From: a virus
Taxonomy: Duplodnaviria > Caudoviricetes
Reading direction: 5' to 3' (one strand)
IMG/VR virus record: IMGVR_UViG_3300046167_000798
DNA: 64,000 bases
In this document: positions 31,900 to 40,272 of the stretch, piece after piece
Position numbering within the stretch: position 1 is the first letter of the stretch
How the letters are laid out: each line of letters begins with the position of its first letter
The notes under the pieces: model-generated
What the model saw: the letters and a program-made list of their open reading frames with translations, nothing else
What the model was told of the DNA's origin: nothing
The model's database searches: none
Translations under genes and position numbers: made by a program

Positions 31900-31907
31900 T
31901 ATAAATA
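31900..31907 (-). promoter_or_regulatory. TATTTATA late-type promoter motif (nuclease gene)
   Basis: Intergenic, 26 nt before the ATG. Confidence 0.55.
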
Positions 31908-31912
31908 TGGTT

Positions 31913-33211
31913 TTATATTAAATTTGTATTTTTTGAATCTAATTTAGTATTTGTTACTACATAATCTAAATAAGAATTATTTTCATGGATTATTTCAATA
32001 ATTCCTTTTCTTAAATTAAGAACATATTCTGTTAAAGATTTTAAGAATGGTTGCCATAAAGAATCATCTTTGGTTATTTTATCTAACCAATCTATTTTGC
32101 TTATTATATTATCGTATTCGATTGGAAATTTCACAACTGATTTATTATATTTTTTAAGTTGTGAATCGTAAAAATCAATTGTTTCTTTATAATATGGTAT
32201 AAATGGTTTTCCAGCTAATATATGAGATATTGATTTTTCAGTCATATATTCTTTACCAGGTATCCATGATTTAAAATTACTTTTATAAACTCCACTTGGG
32301 CAATATTCGTAAATAATAGATACTTCAGATATACCGAACATTTTCCACATATTTTCATTCATATTATTTGAATTCCATTCACCACCCCAATCGTGAATAC
32401 CATATCCTCTTTTTTGGATAAAATTTTCTTTTGGTATTTTTGAAATTAACTCTTTTCTAAAATTAGAATCATCTTTATCAATTTGACCAGAATCTCCGAA
32501 TGAAGAATGAGTTATTGTTATATTTGGGTTATTTAATTCTAAAACTTTTTTTGCTAAATCTTCTTTATTACCATACAATCTTCTAATTGGAACATTTATT
32601 TTATATTTGTAATCGTTTTTGTATTTTAAATAATCGTGGAAAAAATAATAATCTCTTATACCCAATGTGTTTGGATATATAAAAGACCAAACAGTATTTG
32701 TAAAAACAAAATTATGATTATCTACATTCTTAACTGCAGTATCTGTTTCATCTACAAAAATCTGTATTTTTGGATTTATTCTTTTTTTCCAATTTTTTTC
32801 TCTATATGAATCAGAACCTTCCCAATCAATAAACATATAACCTAGTCGATGTCCTAAATTTTTTGAATGATTATTTAAGTTATCAATATTTTCTCCATCT
32901 AACCATTCAAGATTATGATTATATCCTCTATCAAATGTATATCCTAATTGTAAACAACTAATACTATAATCAAATAAATGATATCCATCTAATTTTTCCC
33001 ATAACTCATCATGACAAAAAATAATTTCTATTTCATTATTTTTATAAACAGCGTTTAATCTTATGATTTCTTTCAAGTTTACATTTTTATTAAAACGATT
33101 TTCTTGATTATAAAGAAAAATATCATTAGGGTCTATATCTACACCATGGCAGAAATACCAAAATAATTCATAAGTATAATGATGATGTATGTATATTTTA
33201 AACTTCTCCAT
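31913..33211 (-). CDS. Hypothetical protein, possibly GT10-like
   Basis: Start trimmed to MEKFKIY. C-terminal TEKSISHILAGKPFIP resembles the S/TEK motif of GT10-like proteins. Confidence 0.5.
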   Translation of the reverse strand: MEKFKIYIHHHYTYELFWYFCHGVDIDPNDIFLYNQENRFNKNVNLKEIIRLNAVYKNNEIEIIFCHDELWEKLDGYHLFDYSISCLQLGYTFDRGYNHNLEWLDGENIDNLNNHSKNLGHRLGYMFIDWEGSDSYREKNWKKRINPKIQIFVDETDTAVKNVDNHNFVFTNTVWSFIYPNTLGIRDYYFFHDYLKYKNDYKYKINVPIRRLYGNKEDLAKKVLELNNPNITITHSSFGDSGQIDKDDSNFRKELISKIPKENFIQKRGYGIHDWGGEWNSNNMNENMWKMFGISEVSIIYEYCPSGVYKSNFKSWIPGKEYMTEKSISHILAGKPFIPYYKETIDFYDSQLKKYNKSVVKFPIEYDNIISKIDWLDKITKDDSLWQPFLKSLTEYVLNLRKGIIEIIHENNSYLDYVVTNTKLDSKNTNLI

Positions 33212-34466
33212 AATTTTTACCCCAATCTGCTTTGACAGGAAATCCATAACTTTCGAGAACGGATTTAATCTTTTTAATAGTTTCAACCTCAGAATCATCA
33301 AACTCGAATAAGAATGAATCATATGTGTATAATATAGGTAGAGGTAACCCTTTTTCTTTTAGTTTATTCAGTACCTCAATATTGAACTCAGTTTCCGTCG
33401 CTTGGAGAATATAATTAAAGAACTTTTGAGAATTAGGTTTTTCAATCCACTCTAAAGGTATTTTTCTTCCTTTTGGAGTTTGTAGATAACCATTCCTCAC
33501 TGCTTCATTTTGCATCTTAGAAATAAACTTATCTACTTTATCAAAGAATGGTATCTTTCTATCTTCATCGGATACTCCCCCATATAGGATTCTAAACGTT
33601 CTTCCTTTGGATTCCCCATAATCACAACCATATTGGTCTGCTAACCATTGGTGAACCGAAGTATCGGGTAAATCGTATTTAATCAACTTACCAATAATTC
33701 TAACATGATACGCATCGTAATCGAATTGTAAGAAGAGAGAATCTTCGGGTGGAATAAAGGATGCTCTTGAACCATCTTTTTTGTTAAGAGCAGAGAAGTT
33801 TACACCACCATGTCTATTCGAAGGTCTTGATGTAATCGTGTATGGATTGTACTCGGTATAAACAACATCTCCTTGTGGATGTAATTTAATGTGTTTTGAA
33901 TTATCGGGCCATCTATCAAAAAATTTTTCCCTATCGACATTTATCCCACTTCGTTCTAAATCTGAAAGGATTGGAATCATCGTATCATCAACCCAATTGT
34001 TTGTATCTTTTATATCCCATTCACCAACAATACCTCGTAGTACCTCACTCCACTTCATTATAGAGATACTCTTACCCAAGTCATCTCTTATACCCAAACG
34101 ATAGTAAAAGTTCGTTAAACCCTCTAATTTCGATTGTATATCATATAATTGGAATTTCTCAAAGAATAAAGAAGTTTGCACATCTTTTAGATTATTTACC
34201 TTAATATTGGTTTGTAAGAAACCTTTTTTATCCCAAATCCACTTTGTTTGATTCGAGGTTGATAAATCTATTTCTAACTTTTCACAATCATTATGGTTGA
34301 ATGGAAGAATAAAGTCATCTTTTGGAAATCGGACATACAAAAATGACAACCCATTAGTCATAGGATGTCTATCCAAATCTTCCCAAATCGGAATAATCTT
34401 AGATTCTTCGTTATTCCAATATTCGAGAAACTGGTCTTTCTCTTTATTAGTTTCTACTATAATCAT
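33198..34466 (-). CDS. Compact family A DNA polymerase-like protein
   Basis: Motif A FDYDAYHVR, motif B K..TFRILYGG, NYILQAT, motif C YTYDSFLFE. Confidence 0.8.
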   Translation of the reverse strand: MIIVETNKEKDQFLEYWNNEESKIIPIWEDLDRHPMTNGLSFLYVRFPKDDFILPFNHNDCEKLEIDLSTSNQTKWIWDKKGFLQTNIKVNNLKDVQTSLFFEKFQLYDIQSKLEGLTNFYYRLGIRDDLGKSISIMKWSEVLRGIVGEWDIKDTNNWVDDTMIPILSDLERSGINVDREKFFDRWPDNSKHIKLHPQGDVVYTEYNPYTITSRPSNRHGGVNFSALNKKDGSRASFIPPEDSLFLQFDYDAYHVRIIGKLIKYDLPDTSVHQWLADQYGCDYGESKGRTFRILYGGVSDEDRKIPFFDKVDKFISKMQNEAVRNGYLQTPKGRKIPLEWIEKPNSQKFFNYILQATETEFNIEVLNKLKEKGLPLPILYTYDSFLFEFDDSEVETIKKIKSVLESYGFPVKADWGKNYGEV

Positions 34467-34469
34467 ATG

Positions 34470-34598
34470 TTAATCCATCCATTTTCCATGGGTTCGTAGA
34501 TGCCAAAATCTATGTTTTAGTACTTCTAATACTAATTGAAAGAAAGTATCTGTTTCATAGATACCCGCTCTTGTTATAAGTTTAAACTTTGGTTTCAT
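34470..34598 (-). CDS. Small hypothetical protein (42 aa)
   Basis: MKPKFKLITRAGIYETDTFFQLVLEVLKHRFWHLRTHGKWMD. ATGA overlap with the upstream ORF. Confidence 0.65.
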   Translation of the reverse strand: MKPKFKLITRAGIYETDTFFQLVLEVLKHRFWHLRTHGKWMD

Positions 34599-34729
34599 CT
34601 TACTCCTGCATTATGTTCTAATAGGATTAGTTCTGCAGTTTCTTCATCTACATAACCACTTCCATCGATATCGATTAAGTGTCCTACATAATACATTCCA
34701 TCTTGTTGTGTTAAATCTGTTTTATTCAT
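34595..34729 (-). CDS. Small hypothetical protein (44 aa)
   Basis: MNKTDLTQQDGMYYVGHLIDIDGSGYVDEETAELILLEHNAGVR, directly after a promoter. Confidence 0.65.
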   Translation of the reverse strand: MNKTDLTQQDGMYYVGHLIDIDGSGYVDEETAELILLEHNAGVR

Positions 34730-34736
34730 AATGGTA

Positions 34737-34767
34737 CTAATATACAAAATTTATTTTTAATATCCAA
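34737..34767 (-). promoter_or_regulatory. Bacteroidota-type early promoter (variant)
   Basis: TTG-N20-TATATTAG. Confidence 0.65.
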
Positions 34768-35110
34768 GAAATTTTTCATTTATTTTTTTTACATACCCTT
34801 TTTCAACAGCATAATCCCATTCCTCATTTAACCAATAGTTTTCTACTCGTTCTACTTCTGTTAAACAATCTTCCCATAATTCACCAAGTGTGTAACTATC
34901 TCCATACTTAATACCACCACAAAGAACCATTAGTTCGTTTAGGGTATCGAAATCATCTAGTTCTTCTGCCAAATTGATTTGAAATGTAATTTCTTTTTTC
35001 ATTATATCAGCAACCTTATCATTATGGTCATACATTTCTTTTGACCAGGGTTTTGTAATTTGAATATCTTTATTCAAAACATCTGAATATACTTCTTTTA
35101 TTATTTTCAT
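34757..35110 (-). CDS. Hypothetical acidic protein
   Basis: 117-aa ORF in an early operon. Confidence 0.7.
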   Translation of the reverse strand: MKIIKEVYSDVLNKDIQITKPWSKEMYDHNDKVADIMKKEITFQINLAEELDDFDTLNELMVLCGGIKYGDSYTLGELWEDCLTEVERVENYWLNEEWDYAVEKGYVKKINEKFLGY

Positions 35111-35114
35111 GTTT

Positions 35115-35393
35115 TTAAAGTTTAATTATGTTTAATGAAGGATTAAATACTGTTTTATATCCCTTAGTATAAGATGATATGATAGTATCTATAAAATCTT
35201 TTAGAAGATAAGTTCCATCGGAAGAACCAAATCCTTGGTCTTCATCCCAATCGTTAGTCCATTCTTCAGCTATCTCAACTGAAGTATCAACCAATTCAGA
35301 GAATTGAACTTGTTCGTCATTAATCATTTTTGTGAAAGAATCGATACCAAGGGCTCTTGATACGATATGTTGAGGATGTACTAAGTAATTCAT
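35115..35393 (-). CDS. Hypothetical acidic protein
   Basis: 92-aa ORF after an early promoter. Confidence 0.7.
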   Translation of the reverse strand: MNYLVHPQHIVSRALGIDSFTKMINDEQVQFSELVDTSVEIAEEWTNDWDEDQGFGSSDGTYLLKDFIDTIISSYTKGYKTVFNPSLNIIKL

Positions 35394-35430
35394 TTATTTA
35401 AGTTTTAACTGTTATTAATTATTTACATAG

Positions 35431-35461
35431 TAAATATACGAAAAATAAATGATATATCCAA
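35431..35461 (-). promoter_or_regulatory. Bacteroidota-type early promoter (variant)
   Basis: TTG-N20-TATATTTA. Confidence 0.7.
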
Positions 35462-35466
35462 GCTTT

Positions 35467-36435
35467 TTATAAGAAATTTTCTGCTTCTTTTATATTAGTT
35501 TCCCACCAATCTCTATTTTCTAACACTATTTTTGCTATTTCGAAGTTTTTTTCTATTTTTTCTTTATTTAAATCATAAAGTAGTGAAATATCATCTATTG
35601 AGTATCTATTATAATAATCAATACAATTAGAAAATTTATTTATTTTTATAGGTAAAGAAGAATGATAATTATCACCATCACCATATCCAAATTCATCATT
35701 CCAAACATAAAAACCCATTTTCTTTAATTCTTTGATATAGTTTTTACCCCCATATACAATAGGCATAGTTTTTGTAAGAAATGCAAATAATGTTTTATCT
35801 GATAGTTGGTTTTGTATTTCAGATTCTTGATACGTTTCCACCACGAAAGATACATATGATTTTAAATACTCCGATATTAGTTCAGTTATAGTTGGAAAGT
35901 TATTTACTAACTTTAATACTTCTTCTGTCTCTTCTATTTCACTATGAACCCAATTTGCATATCTACATACACCTTCAAATTCTTTTATTTTACTAAAAAT
36001 TCTAGTTCTTATCTCATTGGATTTTCTTACAGATATAATCCCCTTTACAGATTTACTAAAATTAGTATATAGAGATTTATCAAACCAGTTAATATTTTCA
36101 GAATCCCAATTAATTTTACTTTTATGTTTACTACCTTGCCAAAAATATAAATTAGAAAGTGGATGCATGAAAAGATAGTTTTCGGTGGTTGTTGATGATG
36201 ATATTAACACCTCCTTTTTACTCTCATCTATAATATCACAAATTTTGTATAATGCATTGGTATTTTTAAAAACTTCATTGTATATTACTATACTAAATTT
36301 ATCGTATCTTTCTATAAATTTATCTAATAAACCACTTTTATTAATTTCACTTTCAGATGGTGAACATAATATTGGATTAGATTCAATAAAATTCTTTTCG
36401 TATTTTAATCTATCTTGTAATGTCAAAATTACCAA
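35467..36435 (-). CDS. GT10-like putative glycosyltransferase
   Basis: SYVSFVVET..LSDKTLFAF...MPIVYG..YIKELKKMGF. Confidence 0.55.
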   Translation of the reverse strand: MVILTLQDRLKYEKNFIESNPILCSPSESEINKSGLLDKFIERYDKFSIVIYNEVFKNTNALYKICDIIDESKKEVLISSSTTTENYLFMHPLSNLYFWQGSKHKSKINWDSENINWFDKSLYTNFSKSVKGIISVRKSNEIRTRIFSKIKEFEGVCRYANWVHSEIEETEEVLKLVNNFPTITELISEYLKSYVSFVVETYQESEIQNQLSDKTLFAFLTKTMPIVYGGKNYIKELKKMGFYVWNDEFGYGDGDNYHSSLPIKINKFSNCIDYYNRYSIDDISLLYDLNKEKIEKNFEIAKIVLENRDWWETNIKEAENFL

Positions 36436-37196
36436 TATTTGTTTTGTAATGAATAAATATCAATAGGTTCTCTCTTCATATGTCCACCCTTTTTAAATTC
36501 AATTCCTTTTAACGAATATCCTGCTAAAAAACTTCTTCTAAATCTATTTGAGTAATTTGGTTCTGAACCGTGTATTGTATGTGAATGTAATAAAACTACA
36601 TTACCCTTTTTAGTAGTACCTTCTACTTTTTTGAAATTATGTCCTTCAGGCATTACACAAGGTTTACCTCTTTCATTAGACCAATTTTTAGGATTTGTTT
36701 TTACCCTTTCTTCATCTATTTCAATTGGTAATAAACCTAATCTATGTGTACCTTCATAGTTCCATACTGCACCATTTTCTTTATCGTGATTATCTAGTGC
36801 AACAGTAATGTTTAAATATTCATTATGTTTACATCCTGTATAAAATGCATTTTGATGCATATCTCTACCTAATTGACCTGGTGGTTTAAAGTAACACCAA
36901 GTTTGTGTTCCATTTATTTTACCATTTAGTAAAAATTCTGTTGCTTCTATAATTTTAGGATGAGAAAATATTTTTTCAAATTTTTCTGATAATTTGTGTG
37001 GATACATAAATGGGTCATATTCTCCCCATTCACTACCATCTTCTTTTGTTGTTTCTTGTCTTTGCTTACGAAGTTTTTCTAATTCTTCATTCAATTCATC
37101 ACATTCCTCTTCACTAAGTAATTCTATTGTAGAAAATCCTTTGTATCTCCAATCAAAAAGTAATTGTTGTTTTTCTTCTTCTGTAAGATAATTCAT
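36429..37196 (-). CDS. PhyH-family Fe(II)/2-oxoglutarate dioxygenase
   Basis: YFKPPG..MHQN (HxD replaced by HxN), VALD..NGA..GTH, LHSHTIHGSEPN..RR. Confidence 0.88.
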   Translation of the reverse strand: MNYLTEEEKQQLLFDWRYKGFSTIELLSEEECDELNEELEKLRKQRQETTKEDGSEWGEYDPFMYPHKLSEKFEKIFSHPKIIEATEFLLNGKINGTQTWCYFKPPGQLGRDMHQNAFYTGCKHNEYLNITVALDNHDKENGAVWNYEGTHRLGLLPIEIDEERVKTNPKNWSNERGKPCVMPEGHNFKKVEGTTKKGNVVLLHSHTIHGSEPNYSNRFRRSFLAGYSLKGIEFKKGGHMKREPIDIYSLQNKYW

Positions 37197-37227
37197 GTAA
37201 CCTAATTTAGTTGTATATCTATATATA

Positions 37228-37623
37228 TTAACTTTTGTAAAATTGTAATAAATTTGGTAAATATAATTTTAGGTTGGGAATTTTTTTAGATTGTAAATTT
37301 ATAGATATTCTATTTGATTCAGAGACAGATTTATCAACAATACTCCCATCTTCATCATATACTGTTTCTTTAGGTCCAACTATTCTCCATCTAACTGCAG
37401 ATGCTATAAAAAATGGATTATTATTATAACTTGAATATGATGATGAAGATATTTCATATATGGGCGAATTTGTATCATTCGATTTTTGTACAAAATATCT
37501 AGTAATAAATCCTCGATTATAATCACTTTCATTTAATTTAGGAAAATGAGTCTTTACATCTAACTTAGAAAATTTTTGTTTAAAACCAGTTAGGTTATCA
37601 TATTTATCTATCATATTACTCAT
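37228..37623 (-). CDS. Hypothetical baseplate-region protein
   Basis: Start trimmed to MSNMIDKY, giving a TAATG overlap with the upstream stop. Confidence 0.65.
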   Translation of the reverse strand: MSNMIDKYDNLTGFKQKFSKLDVKTHFPKLNESDYNRGFITRYFVQKSNDTNSPIYEISSSSYSSYNNNPFFIASAVRWRIVGPKETVYDEDGSIVDKSVSESNRISINLQSKKIPNLKLYLPNLLQFYKS

Positions 37624-39971
37624 TATCCAAAGTTCCTCATTGTACCTTCTACGGTTGTTCTCCATAGACCATCAGTTAATTCATGTCCTACTTTTGTTAC
37701 TTGAAAAGCATTTTTAGCATATCTTTTTGGTATATCATTAATTCTAAATAACTGTCCTGTTACTATTCCAGTAATACCAAGTGTTGTAAAACCAAATTTT
37801 ATTGGTACAAGAACATTAGTTGATGATTTATTATCAGATTTTCCTAAAAACAACCTTCTTAATGCAAGTGAATCATTCCATGCTCCTACAAAAAGTATAT
37901 CTTCTATTGATGCATTTGCATTGTTAAAGACATTGTACCAAGCACCTTCTGCTGCATCGTAATCATCATCTCTTCCTTTAACACTAGGTAGAACAGTAGC
38001 CTTTGACATAAATAGTTCATAGTTTGCTTTTCTAATTTCATCTTCAGAATCTTCATCAACCTCACCACCATCATCATCAGCTTTTTGTTCTTCTTTGATT
38101 TGAAATGAATCTAATATAGATAATACTCTATCTGGTTTTTTAGCAAATAAGGCAGAATTGGCCACAGTAACATCAGTATCACCCGATTCTTGAGTATTTA
38201 CCTCCGCCGCACTTCGTTGACCTGTTATCATGTTCTGCATTGCAGCTGGTATTGATAAATCAAAATTTGATTGTAAAAATGGAGTATTTGGGCCTGATGA
38301 ATCAAATTTTGCACATTTATCAAAAATTGTTGCATCTGGTTTACATAAAGTTAAATCATGTACTGCTAAATGAAAATTACCCTCATTACCTTTTCTTGTA
38401 TCTGGAACTTCATTTATTTCAAATTGCCAAAATCCACTTACACCATTTGATAATCCATTTAATATTTCGTAATATAAATCTTTATTAACATAATTTGTTC
38501 TTCCAAGTACCTCAAGAAAGAATTCAAAATTTATAAATAAATCTTTTAAATATCCATAAGTATGTGCTTCAAATTCTTGTGTTACCACACCATCTGGCCA
38601 TTTATATTCATTTAAAGGTTTTATTTGTGGAAATGCATAATCTTCTGCATTAGTAATCCCCCCAGCAAATATGGAATTTCTCCATTGATTTAAGTTTGCT
38701 GTTTTCTTTGGAGTTCCACTAGCATTAAAGTAACTGTCAATTGGTTCACTTGATGTTAATGAACTTACTAAATTAAATTCAGGAGTATTTGTATTTGGAA
38801 TGAGTAATTTACCACCATCAATAGAAAACATAAATTTATGTGCTCTACATAATGTATAATCAATACATATTTCATAAGAATATGATTTAACCTCACAATT
38901 CTTAACTTGCTTGGGTTTCATATTTGTTTGATATGTAGATAATATTTTAAATGCAAGTTCTAATCTAATATATGAATGATTAGCTACAAGAGGAATTCCT
39001 TCAGGTATCTTTGCACTAGAATCATCTTCATTAGTTTCAACATCAGTATCAGTTAAATCTTCTATTAATGATTTTCTAATTTCATCATCCATATTGATAA
39101 AGTTACCATCATCCGACCATGGATTACCTCGTGTATCTGTCCCACTTTCATATAATACCTTTATTGGTTCAATTTGTTTTTGTTGTGGTAACCTATTATA
39201 CATCTGCATAAAAAGAGCCTTTCCAACAAGCCCATCTTCACTTTCATTTTCTATTGTTGTTTCTTTAAAACTTTTTCCACTTTTTCCATCAACTTTACCC
39301 CCAACTGCTCCTTTATTTGATTGAATATATGCTGGTATCTCACCAATAGTAGTTAATTCAACTGATAAATTATAAATTTCTCCCTCTTCATAAGTAAGTC
39401 CACCTTGTGTTATGAATCCTAAAAATCCACCATATTCATAATTAGAATCAACTATTTTTTTCTTATTATGTTGAAACGAATTAAACTTGGCCATATTACA
39501 AGGGCTTAAATCAATTTTCTGATTAACTGATGCATCGGTATTCCATCCCCACTCTACTAAAACAGTATATCCTGGTTCAATAAAATATTCTGAAAGTTTA
39601 TCTGCTTGGTTTAATGTAAAACATTTAATATTAAATTTTGCTTTTTTTGTTAAACCCCCTGCTCCAAATTCTATTGTTAATCCCTCAATTATAGGTGAAG
39701 GTCTTCCTTTTCTATCAGTTACATCTACTGATATTGATTTACCAGCAAATGTTTGTCCTATCCTTCCACTATCATTATTTTTATTAAATCCATATCTGTC
39801 ATTAAATGAATCTGATGGTGGAAGTGATTCCATAACAAATCCTTCATCATTTGCTGCGGAAGCTACACGAATCCATGATGTCATTCCACTAGCTACATCA
39901 TTTTTTCCAGCTCTGGATGTCATTTTACTTGCTACTGCATCTTCTATATTTGCTAATAATGGAAATAACAT
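37623..39971 (-). CDS. Putative baseplate hub / tail protein
   Basis: 782 aa. PGYTVLVEWGW and GITGIVTGQLFRINDIP..FQVTKVGHEL. Follows the LysM gene. Confidence 0.6.
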   Translation of the reverse strand: MLFPLLANIEDAVASKMTSRAGKNDVASGMTSWIRVASAANDEGFVMESLPPSDSFNDRYGFNKNNDSGRIGQTFAGKSISVDVTDRKGRPSPIIEGLTIEFGAGGLTKKAKFNIKCFTLNQADKLSEYFIEPGYTVLVEWGWNTDASVNQKIDLSPCNMAKFNSFQHNKKKIVDSNYEYGGFLGFITQGGLTYEEGEIYNLSVELTTIGEIPAYIQSNKGAVGGKVDGKSGKSFKETTIENESEDGLVGKALFMQMYNRLPQQKQIEPIKVLYESGTDTRGNPWSDDGNFINMDDEIRKSLIEDLTDTDVETNEDDSSAKIPEGIPLVANHSYIRLELAFKILSTYQTNMKPKQVKNCEVKSYSYEICIDYTLCRAHKFMFSIDGGKLLIPNTNTPEFNLVSSLTSSEPIDSYFNASGTPKKTANLNQWRNSIFAGGITNAEDYAFPQIKPLNEYKWPDGVVTQEFEAHTYGYLKDLFINFEFFLEVLGRTNYVNKDLYYEILNGLSNGVSGFWQFEINEVPDTRKGNEGNFHLAVHDLTLCKPDATIFDKCAKFDSSGPNTPFLQSNFDLSIPAAMQNMITGQRSAAEVNTQESGDTDVTVANSALFAKKPDRVLSILDSFQIKEEQKADDDGGEVDEDSEDEIRKANYELFMSKATVLPSVKGRDDDYDAAEGAWYNVFNNANASIEDILFVGAWNDSLALRRLFLGKSDNKSSTNVLVPIKFGFTTLGITGIVTGQLFRINDIPKRYAKNAFQVTKVGHELTDGLWRTTVEGTMRNFG

Positions 39972-39975
39972 ATTT

Positions 39976-40269
39976 TTATTTATTAAAATCGTTTATAATT
40001 TTTCTAAAATCTTTTGGTATTCTAAGAATAGTACCATCTTCAAAAGCAAGTGAAGAATCATGTATTTTATTTGCAGATGCAATTATCCACCACAAAGATG
40101 AATCACCAAGAAACTGATATGCAAGTGTATCTATCCTATCTCCTGTTTGAGTTACAATATATAGGTCACTATCTTGTAAAGGTATAGTAGGGTATATTTT
40201 AGATTTATATACCTCTCTACCATCTTTCAGTTTTTTACTTTTATTATTTGTATATCTACTATTTGCCAT
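39976..40269 (-). CDS. LysM-domain baseplate protein (gp53-like)
   Basis: TQTGDRIDTLAYQFLGDSSLWWIIASAN...GTILRIP. Confidence 0.85.
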   Translation of the reverse strand: MANSRYTNNKSKKLKDGREVYKSKIYPTIPLQDSDLYIVTQTGDRIDTLAYQFLGDSSLWWIIASANKIHDSSLAFEDGTILRIPKDFRKIINDFNK

Positions 40270-40272
40270 CTA

